A stretch of DNA of 64,000 nucleotides from an uncultured Oscillospiraceae bacterium (GCA_964490325.1 CAZBBX010000003.1:25381-89380), one strand, 5' to 3'. Shown: positions 32,934 through 43,351, numbered from the stretch's first letter. Translations and numbers: made by a program. The notes: generated from the letters alone by a model not told the origin.

Positions 32934-35138
32934 ATGGAGTTTACAGGCATTGTGCAGTCCATCATCTATCGCAACCCCGACAACGGCTATACCGTGCTGA
33001 ACGTGCAGAGCGACAAGGGCGAGCAGCTAACGGCCGTGGGCGCGCTGATGCTGGTGGGCGAGGGGGAGCAGGTCCTGCTCAAGGGCGATATCAAGTCGCA
33101 CCCGCGCTTTGGCCGCCAGCTTGCCGTAACGAGCTATGAGCGCATCGCGCCCCGCACAGCCTCCGCTGTGATCGCGTACTTGGGCAGCGGCGTTGTCAAG
33201 GGCGTAGGACCTGCCTTAGCTAAGACCATTGTCGATCAATTCGGCTTGGACACCCTTCGCATCATGGAGGAGGAACCTGACAGGCTTTGCGAGGTGCGCG
33301 GCATCGGTCACAAAAAAAGCGCCATGATCAGCGAATCCTTTTGCGAGAACTATAAGATGCGTGAGATCCTTATGGCCTTGGAGCCCTACGGTGTGACGGT
33401 CAATCAGGCATATCGGCTGTACAAGACCTATGGCGACCTCTGCCTTGCCAAAGTGCAGGAAAACCCCTACAGGATGATCGAGGACGTGGAGGGCATAGGT
33501 TTTTTGACGGCGGACAAGATCGCGCAGAACGTGGCGGGTTTCGAGTTTGATTCACGCTCTCGCTTGGAAGCGGGACTGCGGTTTGCGCTCACGGACGCCA
33601 TGCAGGAGTACGGACACACCTATCTGCCGCGGGAAAAGCTGCTCATTAAGGCACAGGGACTGTTGGGCGTCGGCGAGGAAGCCTTGCAGGAAGCGATCGA
33701 CAACATGGCGGACGATGGCCGCCTGCTCATCCAGTATCCCGACGGGGATACGGACTGTGTATTTTTGCCCTATCTTGCGCGTATGGAGGACTCCATTGCC
33801 GCGCACCTGTTTGCGCTGCGGGAGGCGCCGTCCACGCAGGAGCTTTGGGATCTTGGCAAGTATGAAGCGGAGCTTGGCCTTACGCTGTCCGACGAGCAGC
33901 GCAGCGCCGTGAAGGCAGCCTTGAACGCGGGGCTCATCGTCATCACAGGCGGCCCCGGCACGGGCAAGACGACCATCATTCGCGTCATTGTGCGTGCCTT
34001 GTTCGAGCGGCAGCTCTCCGTGGGACTGGCGGCGCCTACGGGCAGAGCCGCCAAGCGCATGACGGAGGCAACCGGCTTCGACGCCGCCACCATCCATCGC
34101 CTGCTGGAGTATAACCCCTCGGAGGGCTTTGTCCGCAATCGCGATAAGCAGCTGGACTTTGACGCCATCGTTATCGACGAGATGTCCATGGTGGATGCCC
34201 CGCTGATGTACGCGCTTTTACAGGCCGTCCCGCAGGGCACGCGCCTGATCCTTGTGGGTGACCGCGATCAGCTTCCCCCCGTGGGCTGCGGCGACGTCTT
34301 GAAGGACGTCATTGAAAGCGGCGCGGTACAGGTCATACGCTTGACAGAGATCTTCAGACAGGCACAGCAGAGCGCCATCGTCATGAACGCGCATCGCATC
34401 AACAACGGGCAGATGCCCGACCTGTCGCCCACGCACAATGACTTCGTGTTCGAGGAGCTGCTTTCCCCCGATGCGGTGTTGAACCGCATCCTTAGCCTGT
34501 TTGCACGGGAGAAGTCCGCGCTTGGCAGCAGCGAGCCACTGATGGACGTGCAGGTCTTGACGCCCATGAAAAAGGGTACGCTCGGCGTATACAATCTCAA
34601 TATGAATCTACAGGCCACGCTCAATCCTCCAAGCCCGCTGAAGGAGGAGCACAGCTTTGGCAGCACCACTTTCCGCGAAGGCGACAAGATCATGCAGATC
34701 AAGAACGATTATAAGGTGGAGTGGACAAAGCAGCAGCAGGATGGCACGCTGCAGGACGGCACGGGAGCGTTCAACGGCGATCTTGGAACGCTGTATCGCG
34801 TCAACGAACGGGAGCGCACGCTCACGGTGCTCTTTGACGACAACCGCATGGCAAACTATGATTTTGCGCAGGCAGATGAGCTGGATCTGGCGTACTGCAT
34901 TTCCATCCATAAGAGTCAGGGAAGCGAGTTTCGGACGGTGCTTCTGCCGCTGGCAGGCGGACCGCCGATGCTCTTGACACGAAACCTGCTGTATACCGCC
35001 GTCACGCGGGCAAGGGAGCTGGTGTTTTGTGTCGGCAGGCGGGAAACAATCGCGCAAATGGTGCGCACCTGCATGACGCGCCGCCGCTATACCTCGCTTG
35101 CACAGCGCCTTAAGGCACGGCTCACGGAAACCGAATAG
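32934..35138 (+). CDS. recD2: RecD2-type SF1B ATP-dependent DNA helicase
   Basis: Walker A is GGPGTGKTT and Walker B is VIDEMSMVD. GDRDQLPPVG, AISIHKSQGSEF and LLYTAVTRAR are also present. Confidence 0.9.
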   Translation: MEFTGIVQSIIYRNPDNGYTVLNVQSDKGEQLTAVGALMLVGEGEQVLLKGDIKSHPRFGRQLAVTSYERIAPRTASAVIAYLGSGVVKGVGPALAKTIVDQFGLDTLRIMEEEPDRLCEVRGIGHKKSAMISESFCENYKMREILMALEPYGVTVNQAYRLYKTYGDLCLAKVQENPYRMIEDVEGIGFLTADKIAQNVAGFEFDSRSRLEAGLRFALTDAMQEYGHTYLPREKLLIKAQGLLGVGEEALQEAIDNMADDGRLLIQYPDGDTDCVFLPYLARMEDSIAAHLFALREAPSTQELWDLGKYEAELGLTLSDEQRSAVKAALNAGLIVITGGPGTGKTTIIRVIVRALFERQLSVGLAAPTGRAAKRMTEATGFDAATIHRLLEYNPSEGFVRNRDKQLDFDAIVIDEMSMVDAPLMYALLQAVPQGTRLILVGDRDQLPPVGCGDVLKDVIESGAVQVIRLTEIFRQAQQSAIVMNAHRINNGQMPDLSPTHNDFVFEELLSPDAVLNRILSLFAREKSALGSSEPLMDVQVLTPMKKGTLGVYNLNMNLQATLNPPSPLKEEHSFGSTTFREGDKIMQIKNDYKVEWTKQQQDGTLQDGTGAFNGDLGTLYRVNERERTLTVLFDDNRMANYDFAQADELDLAYCISIHKSQGSEFRTVLLPLAGGPPMLLTRNLLYTAVTRARELVFCVGRRETIAQMVRTCMTRRRYTSLAQRLKARLTETE

Positions 35139-35141
35139 GTC

Positions 35142-35170
35142 TTGAATCCAACGCATATACATGGTATACT
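35142..35170 (+). promoter_or_regulatory. promoter of hydantoinase-mocA-guaD operon
   Basis: TTGAAT-17 nt-TATACT, with an extended -10 TG (ATGGTATACT). Confidence 0.5.
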
Positions 35171-35201
35171 ATCGTATATACGCAACATATGAGGTGATCG
35201 A

Positions 35202-36572
35202 ATGAAAACGTTGCTACAGAACGGCACTTTGGTGCGCGGCGACGGCTGCCGCAGGGCGGACCTATTGATCGAGGACGGGAAGATCGCCGCCATCGGCGAA
35301 AACTTGCCCACAAGCGGCGCCAAGATCGTTGATGCGACGGACTGCTGCGTGTTCGCAGGCTTTATCGATACGCACACCCACTTCGATCTGGATCTGGGCG
35401 TGACCGTCACGGCAGATAATTTTATCACGGGCAGCCGCGCTGCGGTGGTGGGCGGCACGACCTGCGTGCTGGACTTTGCCACGCAGGATCGCGGTATGAC
35501 CATGCAGGATGCGCTTGACCTTTGGCGCAAAAAAGCGCAGGGCAGCAGCTGCCATTACGGCTTCCATTTGGCGGTCTCCGAGTGGAACGAAGCGCGCTGC
35601 GCGGAGATCCCCCGCATGATCGAGCAAGGCGTGACCTCTTTTAAGATGTACATGGTCTACGATACTATGCGCGTGGACGATGGACGCATCTATGATGCGC
35701 TGCAGGCGGCCGCCAAGGAGGACTGTCTCATCGGCGTACACTGCGAAAACTATGACGTCCTGCAGGCGCGCATCCGCGAGCTTAAGGCAGCGGGGCATTT
35801 AGCGCCCAAGTATCATCCCATCTCGCGCCCCAACGCGGTCGAGGCGGAGGGCGTTGCGCGGCTGATGCGCATAGCGGAGCTGGCAAAGGCGCCCGCTTGG
35901 GTCGTGCATCTTTCCACTGCGGAGGGCTTGGAGGAGGCAAAGCGCGCACGAGCGCGTGGGCAGGAGGTCTACTTGGAGACCTGCCCGCAGTACTTCACCC
36001 TTACGGACGCAGCCTACAACGCCCCTGACGGAGAAAAATTCATCATGTCGCCGCCCTTGCGCAAGGAGGCGGACGTCCTTGCCATCAGGAAAGCCATGAC
36101 ATTGGGCGATATCGACTTTACGGGGACGGATCACTGCTCCTTTACCATGGCGCAAAAGGCGCTTGGCGGCGGCGATTTTTCCCGCGTGCCCAACGGCGGC
36201 GCGGGTGTGCAAAACAGAGCGGCGCTCCTGTATACCTACGGCGTTCTCGGCGGCTTTATCAGCTTGGAGCAGATGGCGCGTCTTCTCAGCGAGAACGCGG
36301 CGCATATCTTCGGATTAGTGCCCGAGAAGGGCGTGCTTGCGGTCGGCGCGGATGCGGATGTAGTCGTGTTCGATCCCAACGTTTCCTACACCATCAGCTA
36401 TCGGAGCAATCTGCATAACTGCGACAACTCCCCGTACGAGGGCATGGCGGTGCGCGGCGCTTGCCGCAGCGTGTTCTTAGACGGAATCGAGGTCGTCAAA
36501 AACGGCAAGTGCATAGCAGAGGGGAAGGGACGCTTTGTGCATCGTCACCGCAGTGAGCGGCCGCGCAAATGA
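35202..36572 (+). CDS. D-hydantoinase / dihydropyrimidinase-family cyclic amidohydrolase
   Basis: GFIDTHTHFDL is the metal-binding motif and SFKMYM the carboxylated-Lys region. VHCEN is present and the protein is 456 aa. Confidence 0.8.
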   Translation: MKTLLQNGTLVRGDGCRRADLLIEDGKIAAIGENLPTSGAKIVDATDCCVFAGFIDTHTHFDLDLGVTVTADNFITGSRAAVVGGTTCVLDFATQDRGMTMQDALDLWRKKAQGSSCHYGFHLAVSEWNEARCAEIPRMIEQGVTSFKMYMVYDTMRVDDGRIYDALQAAAKEDCLIGVHCENYDVLQARIRELKAAGHLAPKYHPISRPNAVEAEGVARLMRIAELAKAPAWVVHLSTAEGLEEAKRARARGQEVYLETCPQYFTLTDAAYNAPDGEKFIMSPPLRKEADVLAIRKAMTLGDIDFTGTDHCSFTMAQKALGGGDFSRVPNGGAGVQNRAALLYTYGVLGGFISLEQMARLLSENAAHIFGLVPEKGVLAVGADADVVVFDPNVSYTISYRSNLHNCDNSPYEGMAVRGACRSVFLDGIEVVKNGKCIAEGKGRFVHRHRSERPRK

Positions 36573-37150
36573 AGCTTTGCTGCGTGTTGACGGCGGCGGG
36601 GCTGTCCCGCCGTTACGGCTCTGACAAGTTGGCGGCGCAGGTGGACGGCAAGCCGATGATCGAGCCGATCCTGCGCATCTTGGGCGAACTTCCCTTTGAA
36701 AAGCGCTTCTTGGTGACGCAGCGCAGCAAGCTGCCTTTGATCGACTTGGGCGTTAGATACGGCTTTATGCCCGTTTACAACGATGCGCCCGAGGAAGGCT
36801 TATCTTTAAGCGTTCGATTGGGGACGGAGCGGGCCGTTCATGCAAAAGCTGACGGGATCCTCTTCGCAGTCGGCGATCAACCGCACCTTAGGCGGGAAAG
36901 CGTGGAAGCGCTCATCGACTGCTTTGATCGCGAACCCGATCGCATCGTTGCGCTTGCCGCAAACGGAAAGCGGGGAAATCCCGTGATCTTTCCCAAGACG
37001 ACCTTTGCAGACTTGCTTTCGATCACGGGTGATGTGGGAGGTTCTGCGGTGATACGCAAGCATTCGGACTTGCTGCAATTATGCGATGCGGCACGACCCG
37101 AAGAGCTTATGGATATTGATCGTCCCGCCGAAGGGGATCGGCGGAACTGA
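36569..37150 (+). CDS. MobA/MocA-like nucleotidyltransferase (molybdenum cofactor cytidylyl/guanylyl-transferase family)
   Basis: Its start forms an ATGA overlap with the upstream gene. It carries VLTAAGLSRRYGSDKL and FAVGDQP motifs. Confidence 0.7.
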   Translation: MKLCCVLTAAGLSRRYGSDKLAAQVDGKPMIEPILRILGELPFEKRFLVTQRSKLPLIDLGVRYGFMPVYNDAPEEGLSLSVRLGTERAVHAKADGILFAVGDQPHLRRESVEALIDCFDREPDRIVALAANGKRGNPVIFPKTTFADLLSITGDVGGSAVIRKHSDLLQLCDAARPEELMDIDRPAEGDRRN

Positions 37151-37171
37151 CGGAAAAGAGGAAGAAACGAG

Positions 37172-38422
37172 ATGCAACTGGCCTTACACGGCAATATTAT
37201 CGAGACGCGAAGTAAGGGCTTCGCCGTACACTTAAACAGCTATTTGGTGGCAGAAAATGGCCGTATTGTCGGCATTTTTGACGTTCTGCCCGAACGCTTT
37301 AAGACTGCGCAGCAGGAGGATTGGGGCAGCGCGCTGCTGTTGCCCGCACTTTGCGACATGCACGCGCATGCGCCGCAGTATCCCATGCTGGGCGTGGGCT
37401 TCGACCTCCCGCTTTTGGATTGGCTGGATCGATACACCTTTCCCATGGAGGCGCGTTTTTCGGACATTCGCTATGCCGAAGCGGTCTATCCAAAGTTTGC
37501 GCAGGCGCTCATCGACTGCGGCACGACACGCTTTTGCTTGTTTTCCTCCCTGCATACGGACGCTACGCTCGTGCTGATGCGCGCTCTTGAGGACGCGGGA
37601 CTGTATGGCTATGTCGGCAAGGTCAACATGGACAGAAACGGAACGCCGCAGCTTGAGGAGACGACTGAGGAGAGTAAGCGGGAGACCCTGCGCTGGCTGG
37701 ACGCCTGTAAGGACCTAAAGCATATCAAGCCCATCCTTACGCCACGCTTTACGCCCTCCTGCACCGATGAACTGATGCGCTGGTTGGGCGAACTGGCAAA
37801 GGAAAGGCAGCTGCCCGTCCAATCGCATCTGTCCGAAAATTTGGCGGAGATGGACTGGGTGCATAAGCTGCATCCCGACTGCGCGCAGTACTGGGAGACC
37901 TACGACAAGTACGGCCTGTTCGGACAGCGGAGCATCATGGCGCATTGCGTGCATTGCGATGCGCGGGAGCGTAAGGCGCTGAAGGAGCACGGCGTTCTGG
38001 TGGCGCATTGCGCGGATTCCAACGTGAACCTGTCCAGCGGCTTTGCGCCGGTGCGGACGATGCTCGACGAGGGCGTGCGCGTAGCTTTAGGCTCAGACAT
38101 AGCAGGCGGTTCGCAGCTTTGCATGCTCGATGTGATGACGGCTTCCATTCGCGCAAGCAAGGTGCGCCGCGTGGAAAACAAGTGGACGCTGCCCTTCCTG
38201 ACGGTCGCGGAGGCATGGCATCTGGGAACAGGCGCCGCCGCTTCCTTCTTTGGCGAGAAGGAGGGCTTCTCTGTGGGAGCGCCGCTGCACGCGCTTGTGA
38301 TAGACGATCTGGATCGCGTCGGTACTGAGCTGATGAGCGTCACGGAACGTGCAGAACGAGCGCCCTACTTGGGACGCGACTGCATCAAGGCGGTCTACGT
38401 TCCCCATGCAAGACTAAAATAA
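37172..38422 (+). CDS. guaD: guanine deaminase-family amidohydrolase
   Basis: The motifs CDMHAHAPQ, LLDWLDRYTFPME, LTPRFTPS, HLSENLAEMDWV, AHCVH and GSDIAGG are colinear with E. coli GuaD. Confidence 0.7.
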   Translation: MQLALHGNIIETRSKGFAVHLNSYLVAENGRIVGIFDVLPERFKTAQQEDWGSALLLPALCDMHAHAPQYPMLGVGFDLPLLDWLDRYTFPMEARFSDIRYAEAVYPKFAQALIDCGTTRFCLFSSLHTDATLVLMRALEDAGLYGYVGKVNMDRNGTPQLEETTEESKRETLRWLDACKDLKHIKPILTPRFTPSCTDELMRWLGELAKERQLPVQSHLSENLAEMDWVHKLHPDCAQYWETYDKYGLFGQRSIMAHCVHCDARERKALKEHGVLVAHCADSNVNLSSGFAPVRTMLDEGVRVALGSDIAGGSQLCMLDVMTASIRASKVRRVENKWTLPFLTVAEAWHLGTGAAASFFGEKEGFSVGAPLHALVIDDLDRVGTELMSVTERAERAPYLGRDCIKAVYVPHARLK

Positions 38423-38606
38423 AAAAGGTACTTTCAAAAGGGCTGCCGCAGGAGGATCGCGGCGGCTCTTTTCTATAGATCGCGGGATAAAAAATAGGTC
38501 GGCTGCGCAGGATAGGGGAAGCGGGCGCGATGAAAGTAAGACGACATAGACTGCCGATCGCTTTCTGTTCGGGAGAAACGGACCCTGCATAAGGAGGCTG
38601 CGCAGA

Positions 38607-39221
38607 ATGCATCTTAGTTCGTTTATCCTCATCGGGCTTGGCTGCATGACCCTCTGCGGCTGCTTTGACGCCTGTCTCACGCGGCCTGTGGAGCGTGTGT
38701 TGTTGGCACTCCTCTGCGTTGGCGGGGTGCTGCTTGCCTATTTTGAAGTAGAATTTCAACCGACAACTGCCTTGTCCGTCTATCCTTGCGCACTGCTTTT
38801 GTTGGCAATGGGCGCGCTGCCCTTTGGACGCCGCCGCATCGGAGGCGTGCTGCTTTGCGCCGTATTTGGCGGACTGATCGGCTGGAAGCTCTTGGATCGT
38901 TTTCCCTTGTTTTCGGAGCCCGGAATACTGATCGCACTGCCCACACTCATACTGTGCATGGTCTGCCAAACAGGCTCTGCGGAGCGCTTGACCGCCGTTG
39001 TTCTTGCGCCGCTCGTTGCAATGCTCGTGTATGTCGCACAGGATCTTTTGCTGTACGGCTACGCCCGCGTGATGCTGGGCTCCGCGGAGGCCGCGGATGC
39101 GCAGGCGATCGGCGTGACGGCACTCTTGTTGTATGAAGCGTTCCGCGCATGGCGTAAGACACGTTCCGCTGCGTATCAGCCAAAAAGAAATTGTCGGATC
39201 GACACGGCGATCCGACAATGA
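38607..39221 (+). CDS. polytopic membrane protein, unknown function
   Basis: AAGGAGG lies 9 nt upstream. It has about 6 hydrophobic helices. No family recognised. Confidence 0.55.
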   Translation: MHLSSFILIGLGCMTLCGCFDACLTRPVERVLLALLCVGGVLLAYFEVEFQPTTALSVYPCALLLLAMGALPFGRRRIGGVLLCAVFGGLIGWKLLDRFPLFSEPGILIALPTLILCMVCQTGSAERLTAVVLAPLVAMLVYVAQDLLLYGYARVMLGSAEAADAQAIGVTALLLYEAFRAWRKTRSAAYQPKRNCRIDTAIRQ

Positions 39222-39295
39222 TGCTGACGATAAATCATCATGGCTCCGCTGTTACAAACCCGTAATGAATCCGAAGCTTTAACGGCCGCAAGCGC

Positions 39296-40663
39296 TTACT
39301 TGTCGGTCTTCACGGGGTGGCGGCGGATCCGCTCCGACAGCGGCGCAAGCAGGGAGGAGATGAACGCCGTGAGCGGTACGGCTAAAATGATGCCCGTGCT
39401 GCCTGCAAGTCCTATGATCAGTTCCGATGCGATAAAGTCGTTGTTGATGATGGCGCGGTACGACCAGCCGTTGATGTAGATCAAGACAAAGTCCACAAGG
39501 GCGCTGCCCGTAAAGGCAAGCACCAAGGTGTTGGTCATGGTGCCCACGGCGTCTCTGCCGATGTTCATGCCGGAGCGGAACAGGTCGCGGCTTCCCATGC
39601 TGCCGTTGACGCTTCTTAGCTCGTTCACGGCGGAGGAGATGCTCATGGCGACATCCATCACAGCGCCCATGGAGGCGATGATGACGCCCGATACGAACAG
39701 GCCGCGTATGTTGATCTGATAGCCTTGGTACTTGGCCTGCACCAGCGTGTCGGTCTCGTTGGTGGCAAGCTCCAACCCGTCGATGTGCATGATCCTTCCC
39801 GCTATATAGGCAAACAGCGCCGCAACGGCAAAGCCTGCGATCGTGCCCAATATGGCCGACAGCGTCTTTGCGCTGACTCCGTCCAGCAGGACGAAGCACA
39901 CGATGGTCGTATAGATGGCGATAAGGAAGGTCAGCCCCACGGCGGAGAAGCCCTTGAGCAGCAGCGGCACAAGGATGCACACGATGCACACAATGGTAAA
40001 GAGCAGCCCAATAATGGAGCGCGCCCCCACCTTTCCGCCTACCAAAATGGTGACGATCAAAAACAGCGCGATCATACCGTAGATGGCAAGGGTACGGTTG
40101 TAGTTCGTGACGGAAACACTGATGGAGGGATCGCCATTTTCGTCCAACGAAGTGTAGTTGGTGTAGACGTTCAACAGCAGACGCGTTCCCACGGAGGCGT
40201 GCTTGTCAAACAGCTTGCTCATGCGGTTCTCCACGGTGAAGGTCTGCCCCGTATAGCGTCCCGTCTGCATCTGCACGGAGAGGTACTGCGTCCCAAGATG
40301 CACATTTTCCGTGTCGGGATCCTGCTGCACGCTCTCGTCCAAGATCTCGGTCACGATCCCGTATTCATATTCGTAGATCTGCAGATCGGTCCCGTCATAC
40401 AGCTCGTCCGACAATTCTTCATCGTTGAATAAAAGGCGGTTGGAGTCCACGGCCAGACCCGCGCTTGAAAAGTATACGCTCTTTGCATCATCGGGATCGG
40501 AATTGTACAGAGCCGCAGGCGTTTTAGCATACAGGTATGCAGCGACGAACAGCACGGCAGCCACAAGCAAGATCAAAGCGACCCGCCAATCAAAACGTGA
40601 AAGGAAGCGTTTTTTAAAAGAGGGCTTTTTAGCGTCCGCAGGCTTCCTAAATTTTGCTTTCAA
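39296..40663 (-). CDS. YibE/F-like membrane protein
   Basis: It has an N-terminal TM, a roughly 150-aa extracytoplasmic segment and then 6-7 TM helices. The start appears to be a TTG with a GGTGAGAG SD. The family call is from memory of the architecture. Confidence 0.5.
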   Translation of the reverse strand: MKAKFRKPADAKKPSFKKRFLSRFDWRVALILLVAAVLFVAAYLYAKTPAALYNSDPDDAKSVYFSSAGLAVDSNRLLFNDEELSDELYDGTDLQIYEYEYGIVTEILDESVQQDPDTENVHLGTQYLSVQMQTGRYTGQTFTVENRMSKLFDKHASVGTRLLLNVYTNYTSLDENGDPSISVSVTNYNRTLAIYGMIALFLIVTILVGGKVGARSIIGLLFTIVCIVCILVPLLLKGFSAVGLTFLIAIYTTIVCFVLLDGVSAKTLSAILGTIAGFAVAALFAYIAGRIMHIDGLELATNETDTLVQAKYQGYQINIRGLFVSGVIIASMGAVMDVAMSISSAVNELRSVNGSMGSRDLFRSGMNIGRDAVGTMTNTLVLAFTGSALVDFVLIYINGWSYRAIINNDFIASELIIGLAGSTGIILAVPLTAFISSLLAPLSERIRRHPVKTDK

Positions 40664-40857
40664 ACTCTCACCAACCTTTATTGACTGCGATCAGCCGCAT
40701 CAGGAGCCGCAATACAACTTTCTACGGTAGTATACAACGTTTAGAAAGCTCGCGTCAAGCGGCACAGCCTTCTAAAAAGAGCGAATACTTATGCAAGAAT
40801 TTGGTTTACATTCGCAGATCTAAGCGGTATACTGATATTAATGGGGGAACAAGGCGC

Positions 40858-41592
40858 ATGGAGCTTAGTACGGAACGGTATCGAAGACAGCAAGCTTTGA
40901 TCGGTGAGACGGGACAAAAAGCCCTGAAAAGAGCAAGGGTCGCCCTCATCGGACTTGGCGGCTTGGGCAGCGTTGCGGCTTTTTCTCTTGCGGGGCTGGG
41001 CGTAGGCGAGCTGCTTTTAATCGATTTTGACGCGGTATCGCCTTCCAACCTGAACCGTCAGTTCCTGTACAGCGAGAACGATCTCAACCGCAGCAAGGCC
41101 GACTGCGCACAAAAGCGACTTTCCGTGTTCAACAGTGAAATATCCCTTCGATCCGTAAACTGCCGCGTTGACGAAAAGAACGCGGCGTCCTTGCTTGACG
41201 GCTGCGATGTTGTGCTGTGCTGTATCGACGAACTAAAGCAGCGCCTGTCCCTGTCTAAAGCGCTTTTTCCCCTGAACGCAGCGCAGATCCATGCGGGCGT
41301 GGAGGGCTTTGACGGAACGCTGCTCGTTAGCAATGCGCAGTCACCCTGCCTTGCCTGCGCCTATCCAAACGGAGTGGGGAGCGGTGCACACAAAAACGCC
41401 GTCTCGCTGCCGCCCATTACGAGCGCACTTTCCGCGCTGATGGCACAGGCGACGCTGCTGACGATCTTGGGACGCGGTGATACGCTGACGGGCAAGCTCT
41501 ATTGCTTCGACGGCCGCCGCCTCACCCTCGAGGCGATCCCCCTTGTAAGGCGGAAAACCTGTCCGATCTGTGGAGGGGCGCAAAAACGGTAG
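40858..41592 (+). CDS. ThiF/MoeB/HesA-family E1-like adenylyltransferase
   Basis: ATG at 40858. It carries RYRRQ...LIGLGGLGS, SPSNLNRQFLY and a C-terminal CPICGG. Confidence 0.8.
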   Translation: MELSTERYRRQQALIGETGQKALKRARVALIGLGGLGSVAAFSLAGLGVGELLLIDFDAVSPSNLNRQFLYSENDLNRSKADCAQKRLSVFNSEISLRSVNCRVDEKNAASLLDGCDVVLCCIDELKQRLSLSKALFPLNAAQIHAGVEGFDGTLLVSNAQSPCLACAYPNGVGSGAHKNAVSLPPITSALSALMAQATLLTILGRGDTLTGKLYCFDGRRLTLEAIPLVRRKTCPICGGAQKR

Positions 41593-41686
41593 TCAACGGG
41601 GCTTGACCCCGTAAAACGCCAAGGAGCCGAAAGCCCTTGGCAATAGAAGGAACAAAATGGGAAGCACAAAGCAGGAGGAATGAAAG

Positions 41687-42907
41687 ATGTCAGTTTCATG
41701 GGCGCTGAAAAAGGCTTGGTATCGTACCTTCCAAGCGGTGTTCAATGTCGGAGCGGCCTTGCTGCCGTGGCGCAAGGCGGAACGGGTAGAGGGTGCAGGG
41801 AGCATCGGCAAGATCCCCGCGCTGCTCAAGACGGAAGGCGTAACAAAACCCATCGTCGTGACGGATCCGGGCTTGATGAAGGCGGGTGTGGCACCTCGCG
41901 TCCTTGCCGTCTTGGACGATGCAAAGATCCCGTATTCGCTGTACGACAGCGTAGAGCCAAACCCATCGGTCAACACGGTCGAGCGCATCCGCAAGCAGTA
42001 TCTGGACGAGGGCTGCGGCGGCTTCATCGCCATAGGCGGCGGCTCCTCCATGGACGCGGCCAAGGGTGCGGCGGCTCGGGTGACGCGACCCAAAAAGACG
42101 GTCAACCAAATGGGTGGTCTGCTGAAGGTGTTAAAGCGTATCCCGCCCTTTATCGCCGTTCCCACAACGGCGGGCACCGGCTCGGAAACGACCATTGCCG
42201 CAGTGGTGACGGACACACAGACGCATCATAAGTACGCCATCATGGATCTGAGGCTCATCCCGCGCTATGCGGTGCTGGATCCTGAGCTGACGCTGGGTCT
42301 GCCGCCGCACATCACCTCCACCACGGGCATGGACGCGCTGACTCACGCTGTGGAGGGGTATCTATGCTGGACGATGACCACCAAGGACAGCCTGCACTGC
42401 GCCGAGGAAGCTGCAAAGGCCATCTTCAAAAACTTAGAAAAGGTCTATCAAAACGGACAGGACGTCGAGGCACGAAGCGCCATGCTGGTCGCTTCCTATC
42501 AGGCGGGCTTTGCCTTCACCCGTGCGGGCGTGGGCAACATTCACGCCATTGCGCATACCTTGGGCGGCCTGTACGGCACGCCGCACGGCCTTGCCAACGC
42601 GGTGATCCTGCCCATCGTCTTAGAGGATTACGGCGACAAGGTCGCAGCGAAGCTTGCGCATCTGGCAAGGATAACGGGCGTTGCGTCCGAGGGCAGCGAC
42701 AGCGACATGGCAAAGGCCTTTGTCACCGAGATCTATGCCATGAACGAGCGCATGGGCATTCCGCGTCACTTAGACGTCATCCGCGACGAGGATGTGCAGC
42801 AGATCATCACTTGGGCGTCGCATGAGGCCAATCCCATCTATCCCGTACCCGTGCTGTTCGATCGCGCACACTTTGCTGCTGTGATCGAAAAGATACGCGG
42901 GAGGTAG
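41687..42907 (+). CDS. iron-containing alcohol dehydrogenase
   Basis: AGGAGGAA RBS. It carries GGGSSMDAAKG, PTTAGTGSE and His-rich metal-site motifs (HAVE, HAIAH). Confidence 0.85.
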   Translation: MSVSWALKKAWYRTFQAVFNVGAALLPWRKAERVEGAGSIGKIPALLKTEGVTKPIVVTDPGLMKAGVAPRVLAVLDDAKIPYSLYDSVEPNPSVNTVERIRKQYLDEGCGGFIAIGGGSSMDAAKGAAARVTRPKKTVNQMGGLLKVLKRIPPFIAVPTTAGTGSETTIAAVVTDTQTHHKYAIMDLRLIPRYAVLDPELTLGLPPHITSTTGMDALTHAVEGYLCWTMTTKDSLHCAEEAAKAIFKNLEKVYQNGQDVEARSAMLVASYQAGFAFTRAGVGNIHAIAHTLGGLYGTPHGLANAVILPIVLEDYGDKVAAKLAHLARITGVASEGSDSDMAKAFVTEIYAMNERMGIPRHLDVIRDEDVQQIITWASHEANPIYPVPVLFDRAHFAAVIEKIRGR

Positions 42908-42909
42908 GT

Positions 42910-43350
42910 ATGGCGCATACCATCACAACGGCCTGCGTCGGCTGCGGCGCCTGCGCAAGGCTCTGCCCCGTACTTGCGATCACGGGAGAGCGCGGCAAGC
43001 AGCACGTCGTCAACGAAAAGCGCTGTGTGGACTGCGGCGTTTGCGGCAGAGTCTGCCCAAAGGGCGCGATCACGGACGAGACAGGCAAGGTCTGCGCGGT
43101 GGTCAAGCGCAGCGAATGGAAAAGACCCTCGATCGACACGGAGCTTTGCTCCGCCTGCGGCCTGTGCGTTTCCGTTTGCACGGCGGAGGCGTTGTCCATT
43201 GCCTACCCGCGCTATCGCGGCGATTTCCATGTTACGGCGATCCTGAGCGCCGAAAAAAAGTGCGTGGGCTGCGGCCTTTGCGAACAAGCCTGCCCGCTGG
43301 AGGCGATCACGCTGCATTTGCCCGAGGCTGCGGCGCAAAAGGAGGCCTGA
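42910..43350 (+). CDS. 4Fe-4S ferredoxin with four CxxCxxCxxxC(P) motifs (two dicluster domains)
   Basis: The four motifs are CVGCGACARLCP, CVDCGVCGRVCP, CSACGLCVSVC and CVGCGLCEQACP. Confidence 0.85.
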   Translation: MAHTITTACVGCGACARLCPVLAITGERGKQHVVNEKRCVDCGVCGRVCPKGAITDETGKVCAVVKRSEWKRPSIDTELCSACGLCVSVCTAEALSIAYPRYRGDFHVTAILSAEKKCVGCGLCEQACPLEAITLHLPEAAAQKEA

Positions 43351-43351
43351 G

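Noticed and set aside
38423-38606. 184-nt gap with a duplicated GGCTGCGCAG decamer and a 19-codon uORF, considered as a riboswitch or leader
   Set aside because: Apart from a plausible guaD terminator hairpin (about 38440-38480), I could not fit any known regulatory RNA. The evidence is too thin.
41593-41686. Two short hairpins (ACGGGG/CCCCGT and GCCAAGG/CCTTGGC) between ThiF and the ADH gene, considered as a Moco riboswitch or terminator
   Set aside because: The region is too short for the Moco RNA motif, has no T-run after either stem, and I could not recognise any conserved riboswitch core.
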